This document shows positions 9,483-19,413 of a DNA stretch of 64,000 nucleotides, piece after piece. Both the position numbers and the translations under genes were made by a program. This stretch comes from a virus (Duplodnaviria; Caudoviricetes): IMG/VR virus record IMGVR_UViG_3300044719_000028, positions 24,745 through 88,744 of that record. One strand, written 5' to 3'. The notes beneath the pieces are model-generated. The model saw nothing but the letters and a program-made list of their open reading frames with translations, was not told the DNA's origin and did no database searches. How positions within the stretch are numbered: the first letter of the stretch is position 1; each line of letters begins with the position of its first letter.

Positions 9483-9899
9483 ATGACTTTTGAACTGAAC
9501 ACCCTTGCTATCGCTGACGAAGGCGTCCTGCATCTGACTCACCCTGTCACTGGCGTCCCGCTGTATGCCCCTGTTAAGAAAGGGGAGGATGCTGAATCGA
9601 AGCCGGTGCAGATCGTGCTGAAGAGTACGGCATCGCAATCTTACCGTAGGGCAGTTGATGCAATGATGAAGAAAGCAGCTAAACGCGGTAAGCGCGAAGC
9701 AACCCCGGAAGAAATGCGGGAACAGAGTGTTGAATTTCTGGTTGCTCTGTCCGTGCGTGCGGACAATCTTACGCTGAATGGTGAAACTCTGGACAACGCA
9801 GAGGCATTCCGTAAGCTGTATTCCAACGATAGTTTCGGATGGATTAAAGAGCAAGTCAATACGTTTGTTGGATCGGTTGACGGTTTTTTGTCGGCATAA
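9483..9899 (+). CDS. Tail assembly chaperone (gpG-like)
   Basis: Lies between the tail tube and tape measure genes and ends at a slippery site. Confidence 0.75.
   Translation: MTFELNTLAIADEGVLHLTHPVTGVPLYAPVKKGEDAESKPVQIVLKSTASQSYRRAVDAMMKKAAKRGKREATPEEMREQSVEFLVALSVRADNLTLNGETLDNAEAFRKLYSNDSFGWIKEQVNTFVGSVDGFLSA
9884..9890 (+). promoter_or_regulatory. Programmed -1 frameshift slippery heptamer T TTT TTG
   Basis: In frame GGT TTT TTG TCG GCA TAA. The -1 frame is open from 9887 into ORF 9965. Confidence 0.7.
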
Positions 9900-9964
9900 G
9901 TAATTCTCTACTCTTATATTGTTCCCAGCTAGCATGGCTAGGGGCCACACCGGATAAGGCTCGT

Positions 9965-10375
9965 ATGAGTCGATGGGAGCAAATTAAGAGTAATGCCCCG
10001 AGAGAACGGGGAGACAACGAAGAAGGTGACGTTCCACCGGCCCCACAAGAGATTCATTTGCCCGAAATTCCGGCGCCTTATGATGCTCTGGTGGGGCTTT
10101 TCCATTTGTCAGGACAAGCTCTGCAAACTGGTTGGGGGCTTTGTCCGTTGACATGGGTGGAGATAGACGCTTTCGTTAGGGTCAACGATCTCGACCTTAC
10201 TCTTTGGGAAAGAGAATTACTTAAAAAAATGTCCGAAGCTTATTGTGCAGAATATTCGCGTGCTTCCGATCCGAAACGACCGGCACCATATCAACCAGAA
10301 CAAACAGAAGAAGTAGATCAAATAGCAAAAGCTATGAGGATCATGGATTCACTATCGGCCTTTAGGAAGACATAA
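9965..10375 (+). CDS. Tail chaperone frameshift extension (gpT-like part of gpGT)
   Basis: In the -1 frame relative to gene 9483, and the open frame extends back to the slippery site. Confidence 0.7.
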   Translation: MSRWEQIKSNAPRERGDNEEGDVPPAPQEIHLPEIPAPYDALVGLFHLSGQALQTGWGLCPLTWVEIDAFVRVNDLDLTLWERELLKKMSEAYCAEYSRASDPKRPAPYQPEQTEEVDQIAKAMRIMDSLSAFRKT

Positions 10376-10376
10376 T

Positions 10377-13300
10377 ATGGCACTAGAAGCAAGCGTCCTT
10401 ACCGTTCGTGTACAGAGCGAAGGGGTAGAGAGCACAACTAAAGCTCTTAACGATCTTGCCAAAGCTGGCGAGAATGCTGAGAAAAAGACATCTAACATTG
10501 GCAGCGGAGCCAAACAATCCGCGAAAGCTCAGGTGGACGCTGCTCAACAGGCAGCATCTGCTTACAATGCTATCATCGATATGATGACTGAGAAGGCAAA
10601 TGAATTCTACGCCAACAAAGTAAGGAAAGCATTTTTGGCTTCTCAGCAAGAAATCTTTGAAGGTATGGCCCTTGCAGATAAACTCTCTGCGATTATTCAG
10701 CAAGGTCAAGCTGACCGCCAAGCCATGCGCGAGAAAGAGAGCGCTGATATCCGTGCCAAGCAACAAGAGCAAATGAATGCTGCTCAGGAATGGTATGCGA
10801 AGCAGCAAGACTTGGCTAACAAGATGAATGCTGTGTACGACAAGAAGCAGGCGACTAAGCTTGACAACGACCATGAAGCAGCAATTTTGGAAGATAAACG
10901 GCGCGCATGGAAGGCTCTTGGCGAAGCTCAGGCTGAAGCATTAAGGATTAACGCACAAATTGACGCTGCCAATAAGCGTCTTGAAAACGATCACGCTGCT
11001 GCAATTCTCGAAGATAAAAAACGAGCATGGAAGGCTTTGGGACAAGCCCAATCGGAAGCAATGGCGATGAATGCTAAGATGACTCGTGATTCGCAGCAAG
11101 CACGCACAGATGCTGATGAGTTTGTAAAAGCGTTGAAACGTCAAGCCGATACGGTTGGTATGACAACAAAAGAGCTTCGCGAATACAATGCAGAACAACT
11201 AAGAACTAAGGCCGCTCAATTAGGTGTCTCTCAGCAGGTTGAAGGATACATTAACACTTTGCGCAACGCCAAAGGTCCACACGAGAGCTTCAATCTTTTG
11301 ACGGCAGGTTCTGCGCGAGAGCTCATGGTATTGGGCCACGAACTTAGTCAGGGTCAGTTTAACAGGTTCTACGGCTCGTTGATTGTGCTCGCTGAACGTA
11401 TTAACTTCCTACCGAGCCTTCTTGAGAAAGCCAGCGTAGCTGCAACGTCTATGGGGATGAGCCTTGGTGTACTGGTTACGGCAGTTCTTACAACTGCTGC
11501 TGCAATTGGCATGGCGATTTATACGTTTAATAAAAGTTCGTCCGCTCTGCACGATATGCGAAACGCTGTTGTGCTAACTGGTGATTCTATCGGAACTACA
11601 GGCGACCAACTGTACAGCATGGCTAACAAAATTGGAGACTCGTTCGGCAGTTTTGGCAAAGCTCGCACCGCTGTTATTGAGCTTGCTAACACAGGACGAT
11701 TTACGGCAGAACAGATCAACGTAATTGCAGAGGCTGCTGTTGGTCTTGAGAAGTATGGTGGTGTTGCTATTGATAAGACGATTAAGCAATTTGAACGTCT
11801 TGCCGCAGAACCGCTGAAAGCAGCCGATAAAAGCTTTAAGGGTGTGTCCAATGCGGCAATGGAGTTGAATACACAACTTCACTTCCTTGAACCTGCTGTG
11901 CTTGCTCAGATTATGCATCTGGAGCGTACAGGGGATGTTGCGGGCGCAAGTAAGATTGCAATCGCCGCTCTTGCGGAAGAAGAGAAGAAGCGTATCGAAG
12001 AGTTGAAGGGCAATCTCACTGAACTCGGTAAAATTATGTCAGGTGTTGGGACTTTTGCATCTCGGATGTGGAATAACATTTTCCATAAAGAGTCTGACGA
12101 AGATGAACTGGAACGTGTTGTTGATCGGATTAATGATGCATTGAAACGCATTGGCAAGACAGGCGGAAGCTCCACGCAGACAGAACAACTTAATGTTTGG
12201 TTGCAACAGAGTAATGAGATTCAAGAGCGTATTAACAAGAAGCAAAGTAAAGCTCAAGCTGAGCAAGCCAAACAAAAGCTCAACGATGAAGCGAATCTCG
12301 CGTTGGTTCAATTACGCAATATTCAAGAGAAGGCTAAAGGCGAAGAAAATCTGGCGGCTGCAAAGGCGCGATATGAGAAAACCCTGAATGCTGCTCGTGA
12401 ACGTGCTAAGACAGACTCTGCATTTGCTGCTAATGCTGCCGACTTTATTTCGCCAGAGGCAGAAAAAGAGGCGTTGGCGTATATTGAACGGACGCATAAC
12501 CTACGCCAGAAACAGCCTAAACAAGACGGCCTTGCTGGGCTGAACTCCAAGCTTTCCGAAGTCAATGCTCAATACGAGATTGATAAACGCTATTACGATA
12601 ATCAAGTCAAATTCATCGATGACCTGCAGAAGAAGAAGCTTATTTCTGACTCTGCTGCTGAGCACGCTAAGAAAGAGTTTCTTGACAATCAAGCAGCGAT
12701 GGAAGAGAAGTCTCTGAACGACCAGCTTGCACTGATTGACGCCTTCCATTCTAAAGATAATAAGCTGATGGAACAAGCAGCCACAAAGCGTCATGAGATT
12801 GAAAAGAGGATTGAGAAGAATCAAGCTGACAACGCAGCAAAGAAAAACATCCTTGCAACTGACGCTGCTGCTCGCGAACAGAAAGCGCAAGAAGATGCTG
12901 ACAAAGCTTCCAATCAGATCATTTCTCAAGTGGCATCGCAGACGCAAGCTATCCAAGCAAAGATTGAGGCATACAATGCTCTGCCTGAAGCTGTAAAGCA
13001 AGCTGGTCTGACAGAGAAGCAGATGCAAGACGAAATCACTCAGGCCGAAATTCGCGCACTGGACGAGCGGATCGCTGCAATCAAAGATTTTAACTCGGAA
13101 GCAGCTTCCCAAGAGATGGTTCGTTTGAAAGCACAAAAGAAAGCTCTTGAGGATCGTGCCAAAGCACAGAAGCAATGGGAAGAAATTCAAGAGAAAAACC
13201 AGTCTAATCTTGGCCGATCTGCTGCACTCACCAAAGTCGCCACAGAGCAAATCCGTATGTGGAAAGACGTTGGAAGCGAGATTGAAAAGTCTCTGAAAAA

Positions 13301-16163
13301 GTCTTTCGGTGCTGCCGGTGATGCTGCGGGTAAGATGTTTAAAGCTTTCGCTGAAGGGCAGGCAGATCAAATCAGTCTGATGAATCAAGCTCGTGTGATT
13401 AGCGAGAATAAATCCCTGAGCGAGACTGAGAAGGAAAAACAGCTTAACGAAATTCGTGTTCAGTCTGCACAGAACCAAGTTGGTATGTACGGTGATATGG
13501 CGAGTGCTGCGTCGCTGTTCTTTGAAAAAGGTTCCACAGGCTATCAGGCAATGGCTAAAGCTGCAATGATTTTGCACACTGCCGAAGTTGCACTGAGCGT
13601 CATTAAAGGCGTCAACGCTATTCTTCATCAGGCAGAAGGCGGTGATCAATACTCGGCGTTCGCACGCATGGCCGCAATGGCTGCTGTCGTCGCTGGATTG
13701 GGTGTTGCTATCTCTGGCTCGTTTGGAAGCAAAGGTGGTTTCTCTTCTGCGGATCAACAGAAGATTCAGGGTACTGGTACAGTGCTTGGTTCCCCAACAA
13801 TCACTGATGGATTCAACGTAAAGCTCGTAGGCGCTAAGAGCGATTCTATTGACAACTCGTTGAAAATTCTTGAGAAGAATTCTGGTCTTGGATTGGTTGT
13901 GCAGAATGATATGCTGACAGCCATGACGACGCTGAGCAACAACATCACGTCTCTCGCTAAGAGTATTGTTCAGAATGGTAATCTGACAGGAAATATTACA
14001 GACAACAATCTGAGCGGTGGCTTTATCAGCAAGATGTTCAGTTCGATTGGTAATGCCATCTTTGGCGGCAAAACCACTGTGGATGACACTGGCCTTAAAG
14101 TGAATGCTGCTTCTCTGGCTCAGATTGCTGCCCAAGGCATTGTGGCGAACCAGTACACCAACACAACCAAGAGTGGCGGTTGGTTCCGTTCGGATAAACA
14201 CAACACGAGCCTCTCAGCGCTCGATGCAAACACAACAGACCAGTTTACCAAAGTTATCCTGAGCATGTCGGACACTCTGAAAACTGCTTCTACGTCCCTT
14301 GGCGTCAGTGGTGATGCGTTTAACCAGAAGCTGCAAAGCTTTGTTGTTGATATTGGAAATGTCAGCCTGAAAGGAATGAATTCCGATCAAATTCAGAAGA
14401 CTCTTGAAAACATCTTCTCCAAAGTCAGCGATCAAATGGCAACATTTATGTTTGCAGACTTGAAGCAATATCAGAAGATTGGCGAAGGCCTGATGGAAAC
14501 AGTGTCTCGTGTCGCTAACGATCTGATGCAAGTGAATGATGTGTTTGCTGTGCTCGGTAAAACTGTACAACAGGGTGCGCAAGCTATTGCGACATCTGAG
14601 CAGCTTATCAGTGAATTCGGCTCTGTGGACAATTTGACGAAAGGTGTTAAGGCGTACATCGATGCGATTTATTCGGATGACGAGAAGCTTGCCCCAGTGG
14701 TTAAATCTGTCAATGATGCTTTTGCAAAGCTGAATCTCACAGGGATTAAGACGAAAGAAGATTTCAAGAAAGTTGTAGACAGCATTGACCTCACCACAAG
14801 TGCTGGACAAGATTTGTTTGCGGCAATGATGAATATTGCCCCAGCATTTGGTAAAGTGGTAGATGCTGCAGATGACGCTGCAAAGAAAGCAGCAGAAGCC
14901 GCTGCTGAAGTAGCTAAGACGGTTTCTGATGGTCTTCTATCAGATGTTGACACGGCATTCAACGCTCTGTCTAAAAACATCTCCAAACAGAAAGACGAAA
15001 TTTCTAAAGCCGCTGATGCTGCAAAAGAGGCTGCACAGAAACAACTGACTGCTGCACAAAGCACACAATCTGCACTCCAAACTGTTTTTGATAGCATCAC
15101 AAGCGCTTTGAAAAACACTGTGGCTGACTCTATTGCAGTGACAAAAGCAAAACGGCAGGAAGCTCAAGCGTATATTGCTGTCGCTACAGCATCGGTTGCT
15201 GCTGGAAATGATGTGTCGAAGATGAGTGGGTTGCAGGACGCTCTTGATACGCTGTCCAATCCTTCCAAGGACATGTATGGCTCTTATCAAGAATATGCGT
15301 TTGATCAAGCTAAAACAAACGTAAGTTTGACCAAGCTTCAATCGGCCACCAAGGGTCAACTTGATTATGCTAAATTGACAGTAGACAAGCTGAATGATAC
15401 AATTACAGCAATTGAAGACCAGAAGAACGCTCAAACAGAAGCTCTTGATAATGTGCTGAATAAAGCGCAAGATCAAATTGATGTTCTCAAAGGTCAATCT
15501 TATTCGCTGCTTAGTATCGATCAAGGCATTGCCGCTCTCAATGTTGCTATTCAAAAGGCTTACGGTAATACAGCCATTGCAGGCAATTCCGCTGTCAACA
15601 CTGTGTACCAGAATGCTCTTGGTCGAACCGCAGACACAGCAGGGCTGAAATACTGGAATGATCAAATTGCAAAAGGGACGCCAATCTCTGACGTTACCAA
15701 GGCAATTGCGACATCGGCAGAAGCGCAGGCTGCTATCGAGAATCTGTATCAGACGGTTCTCCGTAGGCACTCTGATGAAGGTGGTATGCAGTTCTTCATG
15801 GATGCTCTTGCTCGTGGCAGCAATCTGAATGATATCTCCTCTGCTATGAAAAATAGCGATGAGTACAAGAAGCTTCCTTCGTTTGCTGTTGGTACAAACA
15901 ATCTTCCAGAAGATATGATTGCCCAACTCCATCGGGGTGAACGCATCATTCCGGCAGCAGATAATGCAGCGTTGCAACGTAAGCTTGATAAGGCAGACGA
16001 AAACTCTGCAACGTCGGCTGAAGTATCTGCAAAGCTTGACCAACTTATCAGTATTGTGAGTGCTGGAGATGTTTCTAACGTCAACATGACTCGTGAGCTT
16101 GTTAAGATTATCAAGCGTTGGGATACCGAAGGTCAGCCAGAGACACGTGATGTGACGGCATAA
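10377..16163 (+). CDS. Tape measure protein
   Basis: 1928 aa, Ala/Gln/Lys-rich and helical, with a lambda-type TMP region, directly after the chaperones. Confidence 0.92.
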   Translation: MALEASVLTVRVQSEGVESTTKALNDLAKAGENAEKKTSNIGSGAKQSAKAQVDAAQQAASAYNAIIDMMTEKANEFYANKVRKAFLASQQEIFEGMALADKLSAIIQQGQADRQAMREKESADIRAKQQEQMNAAQEWYAKQQDLANKMNAVYDKKQATKLDNDHEAAILEDKRRAWKALGEAQAEALRINAQIDAANKRLENDHAAAILEDKKRAWKALGQAQSEAMAMNAKMTRDSQQARTDADEFVKALKRQADTVGMTTKELREYNAEQLRTKAAQLGVSQQVEGYINTLRNAKGPHESFNLLTAGSARELMVLGHELSQGQFNRFYGSLIVLAERINFLPSLLEKASVAATSMGMSLGVLVTAVLTTAAAIGMAIYTFNKSSSALHDMRNAVVLTGDSIGTTGDQLYSMANKIGDSFGSFGKARTAVIELANTGRFTAEQINVIAEAAVGLEKYGGVAIDKTIKQFERLAAEPLKAADKSFKGVSNAAMELNTQLHFLEPAVLAQIMHLERTGDVAGASKIAIAALAEEEKKRIEELKGNLTELGKIMSGVGTFASRMWNNIFHKESDEDELERVVDRINDALKRIGKTGGSSTQTEQLNVWLQQSNEIQERINKKQSKAQAEQAKQKLNDEANLALVQLRNIQEKAKGEENLAAAKARYEKTLNAARERAKTDSAFAANAADFISPEAEKEALAYIERTHNLRQKQPKQDGLAGLNSKLSEVNAQYEIDKRYYDNQVKFIDDLQKKKLISDSAAEHAKKEFLDNQAAMEEKSLNDQLALIDAFHSKDNKLMEQAATKRHEIEKRIEKNQADNAAKKNILATDAAAREQKAQEDADKASNQIISQVASQTQAIQAKIEAYNALPEAVKQAGLTEKQMQDEITQAEIRALDERIAAIKDFNSEAASQEMVRLKAQKKALEDRAKAQKQWEEIQEKNQSNLGRSAALTKVATEQIRMWKDVGSEIEKSLKKSFGAAGDAAGKMFKAFAEGQADQISLMNQARVISENKSLSETEKEKQLNEIRVQSAQNQVGMYGDMASAASLFFEKGSTGYQAMAKAAMILHTAEVALSVIKGVNAILHQAEGGDQYSAFARMAAMAAVVAGLGVAISGSFGSKGGFSSADQQKIQGTGTVLGSPTITDGFNVKLVGAKSDSIDNSLKILEKNSGLGLVVQNDMLTAMTTLSNNITSLAKSIVQNGNLTGNITDNNLSGGFISKMFSSIGNAIFGGKTTVDDTGLKVNAASLAQIAAQGIVANQYTNTTKSGGWFRSDKHNTSLSALDANTTDQFTKVILSMSDTLKTASTSLGVSGDAFNQKLQSFVVDIGNVSLKGMNSDQIQKTLENIFSKVSDQMATFMFADLKQYQKIGEGLMETVSRVANDLMQVNDVFAVLGKTVQQGAQAIATSEQLISEFGSVDNLTKGVKAYIDAIYSDDEKLAPVVKSVNDAFAKLNLTGIKTKEDFKKVVDSIDLTTSAGQDLFAAMMNIAPAFGKVVDAADDAAKKAAEAAAEVAKTVSDGLLSDVDTAFNALSKNISKQKDEISKAADAAKEAAQKQLTAAQSTQSALQTVFDSITSALKNTVADSIAVTKAKRQEAQAYIAVATASVAAGNDVSKMSGLQDALDTLSNPSKDMYGSYQEYAFDQAKTNVSLTKLQSATKGQLDYAKLTVDKLNDTITAIEDQKNAQTEALDNVLNKAQDQIDVLKGQSYSLLSIDQGIAALNVAIQKAYGNTAIAGNSAVNTVYQNALGRTADTAGLKYWNDQIAKGTPISDVTKAIATSAEAQAAIENLYQTVLRRHSDEGGMQFFMDALARGSNLNDISSAMKNSDEYKKLPSFAVGTNNLPEDMIAQLHRGERIIPAADNAALQRKLDKADENSATSAEVSAKLDQLISIVSAGDVSNVNMTRELVKIIKRWDTEGQPETRDVTA

Positions 16164-16165
16164 CT

Positions 16166-16194
16166 GAAGGGGCTTTAAGCCCCTTCTTTTCTTT
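16166..16194 (+). terminator. Rho-independent terminator
   Basis: gaaggggc-tttaa-gccccttc followed by ttttcttt. Confidence 0.75.
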
Positions 16195-16206
16195 GTAAGG
16201 ATTATT

Positions 16207-17373
16207 ATGAAAATTGTTAAGCCGTTTGTCGTTCAGAGTGGTAACTTGGTTAGCACCACAGTTGCAGAGAACGACGCACCTGCTTACTCTTCTTCCACGA
16301 CGTACACGCTAGGCCAGAAAGTCATGGTAGCAAGTGTGCACAAAGTATATCAGTCGCTACGTGGTGGGTCTAGTACTGTCATGATTACATATGCGAGTCC
16401 TGCTGTGATTGGCTGGACTAAGCATGGTTTGGCTGATGGTACAGCGGTTACATTTAGTTCTACAGGTACATTACCCGGAGGGTTGTCATCTAGCACAACA
16501 TACTACGTCGTAAATGCTAGCCAAGATACTTTTAACGTTTCAGCCACTCTTGGTGGCACTGCAATAAATACAACCAACACAGGCAGTGGAACATTCACTT
16601 GTTACGATACACCTAACATTGGGAATGACCCTACGACAAGCCCTACATGGTGGCTTGATTGTGGAAGCACAAACGCATGGCGTCCATTTGACTCTCTCGT
16701 GCAAACACAGCTTACGGCAGATGTTTCTGCTAACTTTGTTGTCAATGTTCCGCAAAGGATCGACACTGTAGCGTTGCTTAACCTGACGCCCGGCACTACG
16801 CAGGTTTTTGTGTCAGCAGTTTATCTTGCAGATGGTTCCACTGTGTACAACGAAACTGTCACGCTTTACACAGACGAAACTCCAGTAACAGATTGGTATG
16901 AATATTATTTCACAGATTTTAGGCAGAGGCAAGACATCATCCTTAATGATCTTCCTCCTTACTTGAATGTGAACGTGAGTGTAACACTACAAGGGTCGGC
17001 AGGTTCCACTGTAGGTGTTGGTGCGGTTATTTATGGCAAGTCCAAAGACATCTCAAGTGCAAAGGCTGGTGTAGAGCAAGGGGCAAAGGTAAGTATTACT
17101 GATTACTCTGTTAAGACGACGGATGAATTCGGTAACTACACTATCACACCAAGATCATTTGCTAAACGTGCGAATTGGGATGTTTGGATTGATAATTCTG
17201 ACCTAGACTTCGTGTACAACTTCCTGTCCTCTATTCGCACAACACCAATTCTGTTCGTCGGAAGTGGCAAGTACGCTTCTATGTCTATTTACGGCTTTTA
17301 TAAGTCGTGGGAAGTGGCAGTCGCTTATCCAGATGTCAGTGTTTGCACAATGGAAATTGACGGCCTCACATAA
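16207..17373 (+). CDS. Tail tip/hub protein
   Basis: 388 aa, first gene after the tape measure gene, with a Thr/Ser/Gly-rich inserted domain. Confidence 0.55.
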   Translation: MKIVKPFVVQSGNLVSTTVAENDAPAYSSSTTYTLGQKVMVASVHKVYQSLRGGSSTVMITYASPAVIGWTKHGLADGTAVTFSSTGTLPGGLSSSTTYYVVNASQDTFNVSATLGGTAINTTNTGSGTFTCYDTPNIGNDPTTSPTWWLDCGSTNAWRPFDSLVQTQLTADVSANFVVNVPQRIDTVALLNLTPGTTQVFVSAVYLADGSTVYNETVTLYTDETPVTDWYEYYFTDFRQRQDIILNDLPPYLNVNVSVTLQGSAGSTVGVGAVIYGKSKDISSAKAGVEQGAKVSITDYSVKTTDEFGNYTITPRSFAKRANWDVWIDNSDLDFVYNFLSSIRTTPILFVGSGKYASMSIYGFYKSWEVAVAYPDVSVCTMEIDGLT

Positions 17374-17392
17374 GAAATATTAAGGAAACAAA

Positions 17393-19399
17393 ATGGCAAT
17401 TACACCTCTACCAACTCCACCGTCAAGGCAAGACCCTGCAAATTTTTCTTCTAGGGCTGATGCTTTTTTTGATGCGCTCGCAACATTTTCTACTGAGATT
17501 AGTGATTTGCCGAATCAAGTTATCTCAGCAGGCTTGGCTGTTGAAAGTAACAACCCTCCTAGTAACCCTATCGACGGTCAAGAATGGCTTGACGCTACAA
17601 GTGGTCGGAGGTACACGTATGATGCAAATAGCTCCTGTTGGGCTGAGACTTACGCCACCCTGTCTGTTGATAATCCGGCTTTGGTGCAGCAACTACGTGC
17701 TGAGATAGGTGTTGTAGGTGTTACCAAATTCGGTACAGTTGGTGATGGAGTGACAGATGACAGTGCTGCTATTATCGCAGGACTTTCGACATTGACGGGG
17801 CGAAATCAACTCACATTTCCTTTGGGGGATTATTTACTTGGGAATAACGTCTCTGTCAATGGTAACGTTTTGTTGGAATTTAAAGCAGGTGCTCGTGTCG
17901 TCATTCCAGACGGTGTTACGCTGACGTTGAATGATTGTGAAATCCGGGCAGGTAGGCAGCAAATTTTCAAATGCATAGGTACAGGTAAAGTAGTTGGTAC
18001 TGTCCGAAACGATCTGATTCTCCCCGAGTGGTGGGGCGCGATCGCCGACGGCCTGCACCCGAACGTCGGCACCGACTTCTCGGACCGAGCAGCAGCGGCC
18101 GCGCGCAACGCGCCCCCACTCCAGGCGGCGCTTACCTTCGCAGGCAACCAGTACTCGTTCAACGGCAACACGGGCACCGTGTCGCTCACGTACGGATACT
18201 ATGTCTACGATACGACGCTGTCGATTCCGCTCAGCGTCAACGTCGTCGGCTATGGCATCGGCAGCGCACTGTTCTTCTATTCGGCAACCGGCAATGCAGT
18301 CGAATGCATCAATACGAATAATTCGATGCTCAAGGACTTCTTCATCGCACCGCTCGCCGGGCCAACGTGGAATGTGAGCACGGGGTATGGCCTGTATATG
18401 AAGAACGTCAGCACGCCGATTGTTGATAATGTGTGGTCATCCGGGTTCGGCAACGGCGTGAGCGGTGGTGGTACGTTCTATTTTGAAAGTGTTATCGAAG
18501 GACGCATTAGGGGCTTGATATCAGACAACTCTAACGGGACTGCCTATACGATTCGTGGAGTCGGTCAAGCTACAGTGTTTTACGGTTGTCTAAATGCTGG
18601 TACAAAACACGGCGCCGCCTTTGATATTCAAAACGGATATGACTGGACATTAATTGGCTGCACAGGTAAAGGTGGCTACACAGGTTTCACAAATGGCTTT
18701 TATCTGAACTCGTGCGAAGATATCAATTTAATTGGGTGCAGTACCTTCCGCGTCAACCGTGAAGGTCTTCTAATGACCGCATCGGCTCTAAACTGCAACA
18801 TCGCTAACATGACAGTTAACGATGCCAGCTCGGACAGTCCGGGAACATATGCGGGCATGAACATCTCTGGAACGAGAATCACGCTAACTGCCCCTAAGGT
18901 GACATCTAATACTCCACAATATAGCTATGGTATTGCCCTGATGGGAGGTGCCACTGACATAACTGTACAAAATCCAAACGTCACACCGGGAATACAGGGT
19001 TCGATTCTTGACGCACAACCTATTGGGTCGAACACATTCCCTGTACGTAAAGTGACGACGACAACAGCCACTCCTACTACGATCTGGCAGAAAGCGTTGA
19101 ATAACAACTGCTGCTGCTCCCTAGAGGCGACAGTAAATATGAAGCAACGAGGTGCCACGGGGGAAAGCGCCACATTCAAGATTCGGGCACGTGCTGTTAC
19201 AGGCACGAGTGGAACAACGTTGTCCTCGGGGGTTATTTACACGGATAAATCAAACAGTTCGTCAACTGTAAATGCTTCGTTTGTACTTTCTAATAGTGCA
19301 GCAAACAACGGTATGGTGGATTTGCAAATTACAGGACTTGGTAGTGGCCTTTCAATTGATTGGGAAGCTACCATTAATGTAATTTCTGTTACTGGATAG
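17393..19399 (+). CDS. Tailspike 1, pectate-lyase-like beta-helix depolymerase
   Basis: FGTVGDGVTDDSAAI motif, beta-helix-like repeats, and an N-terminal MAITPLPTPP anchor. Confidence 0.8.
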   Translation: MAITPLPTPPSRQDPANFSSRADAFFDALATFSTEISDLPNQVISAGLAVESNNPPSNPIDGQEWLDATSGRRYTYDANSSCWAETYATLSVDNPALVQQLRAEIGVVGVTKFGTVGDGVTDDSAAIIAGLSTLTGRNQLTFPLGDYLLGNNVSVNGNVLLEFKAGARVVIPDGVTLTLNDCEIRAGRQQIFKCIGTGKVVGTVRNDLILPEWWGAIADGLHPNVGTDFSDRAAAAARNAPPLQAALTFAGNQYSFNGNTGTVSLTYGYYVYDTTLSIPLSVNVVGYGIGSALFFYSATGNAVECINTNNSMLKDFFIAPLAGPTWNVSTGYGLYMKNVSTPIVDNVWSSGFGNGVSGGGTFYFESVIEGRIRGLISDNSNGTAYTIRGVGQATVFYGCLNAGTKHGAAFDIQNGYDWTLIGCTGKGGYTGFTNGFYLNSCEDINLIGCSTFRVNREGLLMTASALNCNIANMTVNDASSDSPGTYAGMNISGTRITLTAPKVTSNTPQYSYGIALMGGATDITVQNPNVTPGIQGSILDAQPIGSNTFPVRKVTTTTATPTTIWQKALNNNCCCSLEATVNMKQRGATGESATFKIRARAVTGTSGTTLSSGVIYTDKSNSSSTVNASFVLSNSAANNGMVDLQITGLGSGLSIDWEATINVISVTG

Positions 19400-19413
19400 T
19401 AAAGAAAGAGAAT

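Noticed and set aside
586-16043. Long antisense ORFs such as 586-1983, 12501-14201 and 14940-16043
   Set aside because: They are shadows of codon-biased genes on the opposite strand, with no RBS and no protein-like motifs.
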